Shown here: piece after piece, positions 50,833-62,924 of the stretch | Layout of the letters: every line of letters begins with the position of its first letter | How positions within the stretch are numbered: position 1 is the first letter of the stretch | Origin: Psammoneis japonica | Taxonomy: Eukaryota | DNA length: 64,000 bases | Direction: 5' to 3' | Assembly (NCBI GenBank): GCA_008632985.1 | Contig: QPGO01000062.1 | Span: forward strand, 1 to 64,000 | Translations under genes and position numbers: made by a program | The notes under the pieces: generated by a model | Told to the model about the DNA's origin: nothing | Seen by the model: the letters and a program-made list of their open reading frames with translations, nothing else | The model's database searches: none

Positions 50833-52476
50833 ATGGAGACACAACGATACTACCGGACTGCAACTGTCATCACTACATGTCTCTTTTTCATATGCTTTCT
50901 CTTTAGTCCCGACATCGCCTATGCTTCCCCGCTTTTTCAAAATATACGAAACATGGAACTCGAAGGAAGGCACCTTCTATCGAGGACTGCAAACCCCACA
51001 AACTCGTCTCTTGGAAAGTGCCAAGGAAATTGTCGAGGGAACGATGCTTTGTGTCTTCACAGCCTTTCATGTTTTAGAAGAGACAATAGAGAAGCGGTGC
51101 CGGGATGTTCGGGTCGTGGAGCGCGACGAGTCGACTATTGCTATCAACCTCCTAAAGGAGTTCTAGTCTATGTGGGCGACCGAGATCCAATTACGGGGAT
51201 AATTGTACCTCCGGAAGCAATCTTTCCTCTAAAGGTGTGCAGCGGCCATTGCACCTCCAATACTGACTGCAAAGGTTCACTTGAATGTTATACTCCCGTC
51301 GGCATACAAGTTGTCCCTGGGTGCAATTCGACTGGCATTCCAGGAAAAAGCTACTGTTATGATCCGTCAACCGCCGTCCCACCATCATCTGGGACACTTT
51401 CACCAGCCCCTACTATAGATCCTGGCCAAGGTGTTGGCTTACCCGTGTTTTCACCCTCCCCTACAATTGCTGTCGCTGCAACTTTTGCACCTACAACGCC
51501 TGCTCCAACAACTCCATCGCCGACAACCGCTGAACCATCAACGTCAGCTCCGACAACCCCAGCCCCTACAACCCCCATGCCGACAACATCTATGCCAACG
51601 GCTGCACCAACATCCTTTTCAACTCTAACTCAGAGTCCAACTTCTCCACCGGAACTCCACCTCAAGGGCGGAGTCGCCTCCGCACTGAGTTTAGGCCTCT
51701 GTGAGGGCGACTGTAATGGCGAAGATGGTCTTTGTGAGTTTGGACTGACTTGCTTTATCCGGTCTGCAGTAGAGCCGGTCCCCGGATGTCTAGGACAAGG
51801 TTTGAGCGGTGCTGGGTACTGTCACAAGCCAGTTGATAATAGCACGCTTGTGTATTTAGGCGAAGATGGATACCAGGAAGACGAAGACGGACGAAACGTC
51901 TTTCCCTTGCGTGAGTGCGCTGGTGACTGTGACGATGATTGGGATTGTGAGTCGGGCCTTCGTTGCTGGTTTCGTGATGTATATGAAATTGTTCCTAATT
52001 GTGTGGGAAAAGGTGTACAGGGCCGCGACTATTGTTATCGGCCTCTTGAGGATGACGAATTGCACGTGCACAGCGCGGAAGAAATTGAAGGTAAAGCAGC
52101 GGGGAGGGTTAACTCGGGAGGAGGTGATGGGTTGTCTCAGGCAGCGGTTATCTCTATTATTGTCATTTCCGTTGTAGCGGCCAACATAATCCTTTGTGTA
52201 TGCTGCAAATGGCTGCTGTCTCGCGATCCCACAAGACCTGTCAAAAATGTCAACCACGATGAAGCTTCGGAAGGACTTGTCAGCAAAACTGCACCACCAC
52301 CTCCTTTAGAGGCCGATGGTGGGATCCTTCTTAAGTCGGTTGAATCTGGCGAAAGTCCTGACAATGGCAAGAAGAAGAGCAAACGTGCCACCAACAAAAG
52401 CGTCAACTTTGCCGAGTCAATTAGAGAGTTGGGTCGGCTGAAATATGACGGAGACGACGAAAACCGAATAGCATGA
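50833..52476 (+). CDS. Frustulin-like protein (4 acidic Cys-rich repeats, Pro/Thr linker) with C-terminal TM and cytosolic tail
   Basis: C[EQA]GDC..D.DC...L.C..R...VPGC.G.G...DYC repeats; signal peptide; TM AVISIIVISVVAANIILCVCC. Confidence 0.8.
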   Translation: METQRYYRTATVITTCLFFICFLFSPDIAYASPLFQNIRNMELEGRHLLSRTANPTNSSLGKCQGNCRGNDALCLHSLSCFRRDNREAVPGCSGRGARRVDYCYQPPKGVLVYVGDRDPITGIIVPPEAIFPLKVCSGHCTSNTDCKGSLECYTPVGIQVVPGCNSTGIPGKSYCYDPSTAVPPSSGTLSPAPTIDPGQGVGLPVFSPSPTIAVAATFAPTTPAPTTPSPTTAEPSTSAPTTPAPTTPMPTTSMPTAAPTSFSTLTQSPTSPPELHLKGGVASALSLGLCEGDCNGEDGLCEFGLTCFIRSAVEPVPGCLGQGLSGAGYCHKPVDNSTLVYLGEDGYQEDEDGRNVFPLRECAGDCDDDWDCESGLRCWFRDVYEIVPNCVGKGVQGRDYCYRPLEDDELHVHSAEEIEGKAAGRVNSGGGDGLSQAAVISIIVISVVAANIILCVCCKWLLSRDPTRPVKNVNHDEASEGLVSKTAPPPPLEADGGILLKSVESGESPDNGKKKSKRATNKSVNFAESIRELGRLKYDGDDENRIA

Positions 52477-53109
52477 GAAACCTAAATAATGATATAAGTA
52501 GCTCTTGTCCTTTAACTTGAATTGTGAATGATCTACAAGTGCGGTTTAAGATACGGCTCTAGCTCTAGAATGTGGCGCTCGCTACTACGGTAGCTCCCTA
52601 GCTAGACTACTTCTACTCTAGCTAGCTAAAGGTAGCTACTGTAGCTACTCTAGCTCTACTGTCATGTACAAAGAGAGTTTGATGTTGAATTTCAAAACAG
52701 CTTCTTGTGAATGTATATTTTTATGATACTTTAGTACCGCCAAATGTTACTTATGTAATGAGAATCTTTTTACTTATGGACAACTGAAAACGAGAACATT
52801 GTTGGTTCCCGCGAAACGCAGAAACAATTAGGCCCGTACAATCAGTATTATACATGCGTGCATGAGACAAAATCGATGCTGCTGACACATCTCTCCCTCT
52901 TGCTCGTGTTGCCGACGCGAATCATATCCAAAGCAACACGCGAATCCCGAATCACAAATCCGCAAACAATGAACCATAAAACATTCCGCACGACACACCC
53001 GTGTTCAACAAAACACCACAGTAAAACCATGAACAGTTGCTGTGCCTCGAATTCGAAAAAGATCAAAGGGGGTAAAGATCGACGAACAAAACCAACCACA
53101 CCGAGGACG

Positions 53110-55206
53110 ATGCCGCCTCTCGTGTCATTGTTGATGCTGGTCGCGTTCTCCGTTTCACCATCTTCAGCTCAGGAATCGTTCAAAAAATGTGGTGGAGATT
53201 GCCGCGGTGACGATATGCTGTGCGACTTTGGGTTAAACTGTTACTTTCGAGAGAACGAAGAAACCGTTCCTGGCTGTGAAAAAGAAAGCGCAAAAGCCGG
53301 TAAAGAGGAAAGTTTGTGTTATGAGCCACCTCCAGATACTCTTGTTTATTCTGGTGACGATTACAATGGTATTTACTTGCCTCTGGATACTTTTCCTTTG
53401 AAGGCGTGCCAGGTAAAGATTCTATCCCTTTTTCTCTGAGAATCGAAAATGTGTTTGTGCAAACGTCCTCACTTGAACGATGTTTTGGTCCTATCCTTTC
53501 TACAGGGTGACTGTGATGAGGACAATGAATGTGAGGGCACACTGCTTTGTTTCCAGCGTGATACGTTTGAAGAGGTATGTGTGAAGGAGCTATTTCTTCA
53601 AAAATGTAGCTTTTGTTGCTAACCTGCTTCTTTCTGAATTCATCGTCAGGTTCCAGGTTGTGTCGGCAAAGGTGGCGAGGGACGAGACTATTGTTATGAT
53701 CCAAAGAATAACAAGAACGAACAAAAGCCACCACCAGTTGAAGAGACACCAGCACCATCGCAAAAACCGAAAACCAAACCGAAAGAGACTGAAGCTCCTA
53801 CACAAAAGCCAAAAAACAAGCCAAAAGTCACACCAAGCCCGACAGAGGCACCAAAGACTAAGCCTGCTAAAGAGACCGAAGCTCCAACAAAACCCCCAAA
53901 GAATACGAAACCTGCTGCTCCCAAAACGACTGCCCCGACCGCGGCTCCAAAAATAAAGAATCCACCAAAAACATTGGCACCAACAAAAGACGGATCAGGA
54001 AATCCCCTCCAACTTACACTGCTCGGTGAGTCGTTGAAGCCTTACAGCATTTGCGAAGGGAATTGTGAAGGAAATGATTCATCTTGTGGGAATGGACTTT
54101 CGTGCTTTGTTCGCAAGTGGAAAGAGCCTGTCAAGGGTTGTGAAGGAAAAGGGGAGAAAGGGGCTGATTATTGCTACGTACCTCCCCCTGGTGTCCTTGT
54201 CTTTACCAGCTTAACAAAAAATTTACTTGACAGGTGCGAAGGCCAATGTCAAACTGACGATGATTGTAAGGACGGGCTCTCATGCTTCGTCAGGCAAAAA
54301 GACGAGAAAGTGCCTGGATGTGAAGGAATTGGTATTGATACTGTCAATTATTGCTACAACAAGAAGGATGGCGCATCACCTGCCACTACGGTGTCTCCGA
54401 CCGCAACCCCGTCAAAGCAAAAGAAGACTCCAGCACCATCCAGCTTGGAGACTTCTTCGCCTACAGGGCAAAACAAAAAGACTCCAAAGCCTTCAAGTAT
54501 GGAAACGTCTTCGCCTACAGCGGCTCCGTCAACTCAAAAAACGAAGAACCCTAAGCCTTCCGGTTCGGAAACGTCATCTCCGTCGTCAACAATGTCCCCT
54601 ACGTTGCAATCAAGCGAGGCACCTACGTTGGACTCGACCTTGGAACCCACGCTGACGTCTAGTCCGTCACTCACGTCGTCTCCGTCTGGAGTCAACAGCA
54701 CAGAGCCAAAGATCCAACTCATGACAATAAAGGCAGAACCACCAATGTTGAGTTTAGGCGAATGCGAAGGACGGTGTTCTGATGATCTGTTGTGTTCCCC
54801 CGGACTCTCATGTTATTCTCGGCGTGCCACGGAGTCTGTGCCCGGATGCCTTGGCGAAGGTGATACGGGCGTCAACTATTGCTACAAGCCTCCGGCTGAC
54901 GTTCTTGTCTATGTTGGCGACGATTTTGACAGGGATGTGTTTCCACTACCTGAATGCGCCGGCGACTGTGACGACGATTCTGATTGTCAGGAGGGCTTGA
55001 GGTGCTTTCTTCGTGACTTCTTGGATCCAGTTCCTGGGTGTAAAGGTCGGGGCATCATTGGCCGTGATTATTGCATTAATCCAAGTTCATCGCCGTCTCC
55101 GTTGGGCAGCGGTCTTCCCGGATCGGGGTCAATGGCTCTTCGCCCCCCTAGACTTTTGCCAATGCTACTGGTCGGAGCATCGTTCGTCGTTGCCTACATT
55201 CTGTGA
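53110..55206 (+). CDS. Frustulin-like protein (6 acidic Cys-rich repeats, Lys/Pro/Ser/Thr linkers, hydrophobic GPI-like C-terminus; 3 exons)
   Basis: Same repeats. Introns 53413-53505 and 53575-53649 restore CQGDCD and EVPGC and join in frame to ORF 53974-55206. Confidence 0.85.
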
Positions 55207-55375
55207 TAGATAAGGAATGTCGGTTCCGATACAGCGTTTTACTTTGCTCTGAGCTTTTTGTGAATGCGGGCTCAGTTGTCCAAGGCTTCGCTTCTTCATA
55301 ATCGAACAGGTACCAATACTTCTCAAATGAATCATACTTTTCTAGAGTCTTCATAATGTGGAATAACTACTCCAT

Positions 55376-56455
55376 TCAATCATGACTAACACTCGATGTC
55401 CAGAAAAACCAATCAATGTTGTACTGCAATGTGCTTTCGTGACCGGTCCATTGCGGACCGAGGAGGAGAACAAACAGAGGGAGAGCTTGGGTTAAGAAAA
55501 CCTCCATTGCCAAGATGTAGTTCAAGCGGCGTATCTGGTGCACGTCTCCCTTTGCGCTAGCGTTGCCACGTTCAAACCCCAATTGCGCTTGAGTAAAGAA
55601 CCCGGCTGACATTGTCAACGTTGAGTAGAGAGAGAATAGAACAAAAAACATTTCCTGACTAGGAGGAACTCTTCTCGGTCGAACCGCCCAGTTGAAAATT
55701 ATTGAAGCGTTCTGGATGATAGAGAGTATTGCCGGTATCAAAAAGCAAACCAAAATGACATCGCTTACTTCGGGTGGGCCGCCCACATATGACTGAAGCA
55801 ACTTTGATTTCTGAATGGGACCACGTGGCGCGTATTGCAGTATTGCCTTTCCCCATAATGTGTCTTCCCATGGAGTCAAAGAGCGCGATAACTCATTGAA
55901 ACAGGCTGCGGCCGAGAAGACGTAGAGAACGACCGAAAGCAAAACCAAAATGAACCTTAACAACTGTGAGGAAACCGTCACACCCAACGCCGCCAAAGAC
56001 ATTGCTGAAAACTCAACCGCCGGAACAACAAGACACGCCCATGCTTTGACGTGCACTCGCTGACTACAGCCATATCCCTCATGTCTCGTCGGGTGAGGAA
56101 CTAGCCAGAGCACGCTAGCATTCAACAGGACAAGTGCCACACCGAGTGCAGTCAATGGAGTTTCGGCGATTTTCTCAAAGGTGGGCGTTTCCCGAGGAGG
56201 AGGGGGCACGCATAGATAGGCCAAATATGGAGCAAAGATCAATAGCAGTAAGCCCAAAATAATGTGAGCAGCAAGAGCGATGGAGGAGCGGGGTTTTACG
56301 GGGTCTGAACTTGGTGACGTGGCTGTAGCGATGCTTTGACGGAGATAAAAGGCAATGTGTTTTTGATGTTTTCGGACGATGGCGGCAACTCTAACAAAGA
56401 GCCATAGTACTGTTGGGGCTGTCAACAGGGTAACAAAAACATTATTTGGATCCAT
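55376..56455 (-). CDS. Multi-pass membrane protein of unknown function
   Basis: 359-aa ORF with about 8 hydrophobic segments and normal composition. Confidence 0.65.
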   Translation of the reverse strand: MDPNNVFVTLLTAPTVLWLFVRVAAIVRKHQKHIAFYLRQSIATATSPSSDPVKPRSSIALAAHIILGLLLLIFAPYLAYLCVPPPPRETPTFEKIAETPLTALGVALVLLNASVLWLVPHPTRHEGYGCSQRVHVKAWACLVVPAVEFSAMSLAALGVTVSSQLLRFILVLLSVVLYVFSAAACFNELSRSLTPWEDTLWGKAILQYAPRGPIQKSKLLQSYVGGPPEVSDVILVCFLIPAILSIIQNASIIFNWAVRPRRVPPSQEMFFVLFSLYSTLTMSAGFFTQAQLGFERGNASAKGDVHQIRRLNYILAMEVFLTQALPLFVLLLGPQWTGHESTLQYNIDWFFWTSSVSHD

Positions 56456-56736
56456 GATGCATCAATGAGTGCGCACTTCTTCAGGCATGCGTCACCAGTC
56501 TTTTGAAAGGAAAAGAGCATAAAAAATACACTGCAGATGAGATTCTCTTCATTTTTTATGCTCCGAATATTTTATTCTGAGCAACGCTTTATTTAAATTA
56601 TCCCGACACAATGTGGGACATTCAGAGCAAATAAGAGTTAATTAAGGCGATAACGCCCACGCAGAGCACAATCAGAGTAAATTTGGTTATTCGGAGCCAT
56701 AGAATTTTATTTAGAGCATTGTATCCAGAGCATTAA

Positions 56737-57676
56737 CCCTTTGACACATGGCCACTATTTGGGGCCTGGCCCCAAATAATGCGCCATCCTGATTGGTCTA
56801 AATAAATAAATCCATAAGTAAATTTTGGCGGGAAAATAACGGCTAAATCGCTTGGGGCCTGGCCCCAAATAAGGTTCGAGTGACGAATGTGCTCGAGGCA
56901 TTGAAAGATTTTCATGGCTGTTTACGTCGATTGTTGCACTGGTGTGTTGAGCGATCACACGCGAAAAATCAGACGAGAAAACGAGATTTTTTGCCTCCGC
57001 AACAGCGTCCAAAGATGGCGACTCGACCGACATTTCGGCGGCCGGAGAAAATGGCGGGAAAGCTGCAACCGTTATGTAGGAATCTCAGATTTCAGAATTA
57101 TTTGTTGGTGGAAACAAAAAATGAAAAGGAATGGTTGAAAGCACCGCATGGCAACAAATGTCAAACCACCATAAGTTCGATTCTTGTTTTTACTTGTTGA
57201 CGCAAAGTCAAATCTTACGGTACCAAAATGATCAACAATCAACATGAAAGTTACGATTTAGATTAAATTAAGCATGGTTGTTTTGATCGTGTTGTTTTTA
57301 TTTATCTCAGACAACGACAAGGTGGTCGCCGTGTCGCCAACCTGACATTGTCAATTTCCCCCTGATTTGCCGTGTTGTTACTCGTCTGTGATTGACACAC
57401 CGTTGATTCGGATAGAAAACAATTATGTGGCTAAAGTATTAACTAAATAGACACACATAAACACATGGAGTTTATGCTGTGAAGACCTGTCAGAACAGAG
57501 AGCAAATGGGGTCTCGCGTCCTGAAACCGCCATTGTCGAGTCGTCGTGGTTCCCGTTCGCAAGAGCAGGCGTCGTGCTCAAATCGTGGTCGTCAAGATTC
57601 CGTCAGACAAAATGTCTGACCGTTAAATTCTTGTTTGGGGCCTGGCCCCAAATGAGCAATTTCATGTGTCAAAGGG
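56737..57676. mobile_element. piggyBac-type non-autonomous element (MITE), 940 bp
   Basis: Perfect 14-bp TIR ccctttgacacatg / catgtgtcaaaggg. Flanks TTAA (56733-36) and TTGA (57677-80). Three internal ttggggcctggccccaa near-palindromes. Confidence 0.9.
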
Positions 57677-58151
57677 TTGATTTGTAAATTAGAGCATTGT
57701 GCTGACATTCAGAGCGCTGCTGTGATTGTGTCCATTCAATCAGAGTGCACTGTGCTCGAAGAATTGAGTGTAAACGAAAGTACAACGAAGTTCAAAAGGT
57801 GAAAATTATGAGAATTATTTCTGCGCAATCATTTTGGGTTTCTCCGAACGGGTTCTCAACAGCCCGAACCTTTTGCACTGCTCCCACAGACAAAAGGCCT
57901 TTCGGAGAATGTGATCGTGACGACAGATTGTCCGGACACGATTGACATTGACACGTAAGATGTCAACATCATCGTACGATCGCATTTGCGATTCTCGACT
58001 TCCAATCACTTCTGTGTGACTGATCTGTGCTTCGTACGAACCCACGATTGACGTGCGATTGAAGCACACTTTTGTTTGACATGTGGGCACACATGTGCAA
58101 CACGCACATGACAATGCATGTTGCATTCGCCTCCCTAATTGCACATTAGAG

Positions 58152-61100
58152 TTAGTCGTTAAACGGCATTGTTCGACGAATGTTGACAGTGTCAATGACG
58201 TCACCGCGTTTGATCTGCACTGTGCCATTGGCACGCACCATTGTTGTCACATGCGGTCCAACACAGGGCTGTTCTAATTTTTGCGAGTCTTTCTCGAGTG
58301 GTGTCTTTTCTCCCACTCTGTGCGTGTGAGGAGTGCGTCGAGCATTCTCTCGAGCGTCATTTTTATTTGTGATTTCTTGTTTTCGCTGCTGGACCAATTT
58401 CCAGTCCGCGACATGTTGGACGTCAAATGTCATGTCTCGTTGAAGACTGGTTGTCCTGGTGTAGCTTGCGCAGCAGCATGACACGCAGAACGTGCTGCAA
58501 ACGCCACCGCTGACAGCATTCCAGCGAAAGGATCCTCAGCGTCTAGAGGTGCATGTTGCAAATCAAGCGCACGGAGCATGCTCCCCAGTGCTTGATGCAC
58601 GCGTTCAACAATTGCGTTTGCTTGTGGATTTCATGCAGTTGTGGGCTTGACTTCAATGCCACAATCATCTTGCACCATTTCTCTAAATTGGTGTCCGATG
58701 AACTCACTTCCACGGTCACATGTAATTGACGATGGCCAAGGATGTCTGCTCAGCCATGTTCGTTCTAACAGTCCAGCTGCAGTTGTGGACTCCTTATTTG
58801 GGATTTCCACAACTTCAAACCATCCGGTTGCTGGATCGATCACAGTTAAACATTTCAGGACTGGGGGTTTTTCCTTTCCCTTACGACGTATTTTGTATGG
58901 CCCAATGAGGTCCACACACAGTCGTTCCCATGGTACGGATTCTGCGCACTTAGGAGGTAAATGTCCATGTTTCTTGTGTTTCTTTTTGAATTTTTGGCAC
59001 GTCTCACATCTCGACACGTATTTTCGTATGTCTTCACGTAAGGTGGACCACCATAGGTGTTGTGAGATTGTTTCTTCTGTTCGATTTATGCCAGGGTGAA
59101 GAAGGTACGTATGATACCAATCTATCACTGCCTTTTGTAACGTCCTCGGGACGACAATTTTATCCTTATGACATATGAGCAACCGGTCTCGCTCGCCTCC
59201 ACGAAAAGTCTTCGTATGAAACGTCTTATTTGACAATTGGGAGAGAATGTCTTTGTCCCGTTTTTGTTCATAATCAAGAACTTTGTAATTTAACGGAAAG
59301 ACATTGTCGTAGGATTTTGGTAGGACCTTTTCAGCTAGCTCTTCTGTGCTGAGGGTTTCCATAGGTTCTATTTTCTTCATAGTAAGTCGGCTAATCGCGT
59401 CTGCGACAATATTTGCCTTGCCCTCAAGGTATATTATTTTGGGACTGTATTCTTCTATTATTAGACGCCAACGCATGACTCTGTCCGTTGTGAAATTTTT
59501 GTGTGTGAGATTTTTGTGATCCGTATATATATTTATCTGTTGGCCAAACAGTATATTGCGGAACTCTTTTAACGTCTCCACTGTGGACAATAGCTCTTTT
59601 TCCGTTGTAGTATAACGCGTCTGCGCTCCATTCAGCTTGCGGCTGTAGAAGGCAATTGGTCGGTTTTTCTGAGTAATAACCGCCCCCAATTGAGAATTAC
59701 TAGCATCGGCACATGTCTCAAAGGGGATGTTAAAATTCGGGTGTGACAATAGTGTGTCTTTGGAGATGATGCGCTTCATATTTTCGAAGGCTTTTTGTTC
59801 TGTTTCGGTCCATTGCCACTTTGCTTGGGTAGAAGTGAGTTTGGCTAAAGGAGCTAAAACATGAGATCGTCGAGGCCACATGTCTCGACAGCAGTTGATC
59901 ACACCGACAAAGCGCCGCAATTCCTTGCGAGTTTTAGGAGTTGCGATCGCGTGAATCGCTTCTACTTTTTTTGGAATCGGACTGATGCCCTTGCGGGTGA
60001 TGTGAAAGCCTAGATAGTCTACTTCGGGTTTAGCGAAAAAGGACTTCTCGGCGTTGACCTTCAATCCTTCTTGTTCCAGGCGTGAGAACACCGTTTCAAG
60101 CTTCTTGAGGTGGTCTTGAAAATCACTTTTTGCAAGACACAATGTGTCGTCAACGCAAGTTCTGACGAACTCCAGACCTGCCATGAGCTCACTCATGTGC
60201 TCTTGGAAAACATCTGGAGCTCCACAGATTCCCATCGGGAGTCTACAGTGCTCACATTTGCCCCAAGGCATGACGATCGTGCACAAGCGACGTGCACGCG
60301 GCGTCAATTCGACATGACAACATCCCATGTTTAAATCTGGGGACGTTGCACACATGAAGCCTTCAAGCTTCTGCAGCATGTCCTGAACATTGGGCAGAGG
60401 AAACGGAGTGCGAACCAACCTCTCATTTGGCTCACGAAAGTCGGACAAGAACCGAACTCTGCCATTTTTCTTGGGTTGAACAAAGGTTGGAGCCGCCCAT
60501 TCAGAACAATTTGTTTTTCTTAAGACTTTCAACTTGCACAGTCTTTCAACCTCCTTGCGAGTGGTCGCCTCCAAGGCTTGTGTCACGGGAAATGGTTTGG
60601 CATGACACGGACTCACGCCCGATTTCAACTTTAAATCCACCGGTTTCCTGGTCCATTTGCCCAGAGAACCATCGAAAAGGTTTTCAAATCTTTTTAAGAG
60701 GAAGTTCAGCTGCTTCTGCTCTTCAGGAGTTAGATGAGCAGCTGCTGCGGTCACATTGTTGAGGTTTGCAGCGTGACAGTCTGAGTCAAGGATCCGATTG
60801 ACCCTGTCATTAAGACCAATCACTGCACGAGATTCCTCAATGTGATCGGCAATCAACTTAAAAACATCGGCATCGAAGAGTGCATCAACATTCTTCACAG
60901 GAGCAGTTGCATCTTCCCATTTAATCTCTTCATTCGAGAAGTCCAACATTGTCCCAAGACTTGACATTAAGTCGCGTCCCATGATCATGTCATGATGACT
61001 CGAAGAAGAAGGGGAGTCATCAACACACGCCGTTGCTTCAATCATCTTGTGCTCATCAAATTCGGGCAAGGAGAATTGGATCTTACATCGACTGTCAGTC

Positions 61101-61222
61101 GTGAAGAGCCCTCCTTTGGTTTCCCAGAGTTTGGTGGCGGATGCTTTTGTTCTGAGTTTCCGCGTGAATTTGCGCAAAATTGTGGTTGACGATGTTCCGC
61201 TGTCGAGGAGAATGCGCAGAGG
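58152..61222 (-). pseudogene. Gypsy pol (protease, RT, RNase H, integrase)
   Basis: LLDSGTS; PMG...CVDD; ADAS...EKELL...YTDHKNL; H..L.HPG...C..C; DRGSEF. In-frame TGA at 58631 in PTTA*NPQAN, and TAG just upstream of the protease motif. Confidence 0.9.
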
Positions 61223-61350
61223 CTATTTTTCGCCTCACCTGATGAAGTGTTCATATGGGCGACAACTGCTGGACTAGCATGAATTACTTTGGCCCTTTTT
61301 CTGGGCTTCCTAACATCCAGCAGAGCGCAAGACTCCTCTTGCGGTGCAAG

Positions 61351-62541
61351 TCATTCCTCAGAATCACTGCGCGTCATTTTTTCAAACTGACAATTTTCCT
61401 CGTCAAGGGTGTCAGAATCACAATCTTTGCTCTTGTGTTTTTTGTCATTGTTCGAAGAACTCGCCTTGAGTGTTTTTTGAACTGCTTGGATCGCCATGGC
61501 ATTCAACTCTTCTTTGCGAGCGGCGTTGTCGTCATCGCGACGAGACCACGTGCGATTGCCATTTGAACGGCGCCGTTTCGGGTCGGGTTCACAGTTCCCA
61601 CGGCGTTCTTTCGCAAGTCTTTTGATCGACCAGCACTTGTCCGTGTTATGAGTGGATTTCTCGCATGAAATGCACCACTTCTCGGACTGAGATTTTTCGG
61701 CACCATGTTGGTGACCATTTTTGGAACCACGTTGGGAACCACTCTTGGCTTTTGATGCAGCACCGCCACTGCCATCAGCCTTGGCATGAATGCCATCAAA
61801 TGTGTCTTCTGCGACCTCCAGGCGCTCCAAGAACTCAACCAACTCGTCACAGGTATGTTTCAAAATTTCGAAACCCTGGACGGTCGACTGACGCTGCCAC
61901 TTTCGAGGTGCAAGGTTGAAGAGGATGTCCTTGAGCTCGTCGTCCTCGATCTTCTGTTCCTTCCCAAAGGGAGGATAGAACTTGAGGTCTTTGTTGACTT
62001 CCTGGACCCAAGCAGCAATTTCGCGTACTTTCATGGACTCCGGCTTCTTGAGATCACGACGCAAATAACGTTTCTGCACCGAAAGTGAGTTCTTGGGAAA
62101 CACATGCCTCGTGAGATGTTGTGGGCATTTCTCGAAGCTTCCTTCCGCAGATTCGTCTTCAAGGTTCGCTGCCGCATTCTCGAAAGCACGCAGAGCGTCT
62201 CCTTGAAGTAACATGCGCATGAGACGAAACTCATCAGATTGCTTCCTGATGTTCTGGCCCACTGGAAGTTGATCGTAGCTCTTGAGAAATTCGATGAACT
62301 TGGGGACACCTTGTTTCTTGCAGTGCTCAACATTGATGGTGCAGGTGCGGCTATCCTTCTTCTCGGGATGAAAACGTTGCTCCATCTTGAGGTGCTGGCT
62401 CGGTTTGAGGCTCTTCGGCTCGGAGTTCGATTCCAGCGGTTGAGGGACGATTTTCTCCTGCCTCAACGAAGTTTTGGCGTTGGTTGCATGAGGTGAAAGC
62501 TTCATCTTGAACTTGTTGCCTTCTGTGGTGTGTGTGCACAA
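61351..62541 (-). pseudogene. Gypsy gag
   Basis: QKRYLRR..KKP and zinc knuckle CISCEKSTHNTDKC; located between the 5' LTR and pol. Confidence 0.85.
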
Positions 62542-62924
62542 TGCACTGTGCTCGAAGAACGAGTGTAAACGAAAGTGTGACGAAGTTCAAAAGGTGAAAA
62601 TTATGAGAATCATTTCTGCGCAATCATTTTGGGTTTCTCCGAACGGGTTCTCAACAGCCTAAACCTTTTGCACTGCTCCTACAGACAAAAGGCCTTTCGG
62701 AGAATGTGATCGTGACGACAGATTGTCCGGATACGATTGACATTGACACGTAAGATGTCAACATCATCGCACGATCGCATTTGCGATTCTCGACTTCCAA
62801 TCACTTCTGTGTGACTGATCTGTACTTCGTACGAACCCACGATTGACGTACGATTGAAATGTGCTTTTATTTGACACATGGATGTACATGTGCAACACAC
62901 ACATGACAACGCATGTTGCAAGAG

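Larger units (their letters stand above)
57746..62920 (-). mobile_element. Full-length Ty3/Gypsy LTR retrotransposon, inactivated
   Basis: LTRs 57746-58125 and 62542-62920 (TG...CA). 4-bp TSD AGAG (57742-45, 62921-24). PPT-like tract agggaggcgaa next to the 3' LTR. gag 61351-62541. Domain order PR-RT-RH-IN. Confidence 0.95.

Noticed and set aside
52555..52660. TAGC/CTAG-rich low-complexity tract
   Set aside because: Short intergenic simple sequence with no defined unit or evidence of function.
58631..61177. Alternative genetic code (Cys/His codons read as Tyr)
   Set aside because: Host genes and part of the same pol ORF use normal Tyr codons, and non-coding LTRs show the same change.
57746..62920. 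ADAR-type RNA editing or RT error as the source of the A>G changes
   Set aside because: Both A>G and T>C occur on the same strand, the two LTRs carry different changes, and a TSD and DNA-transposon sequence are also affected.
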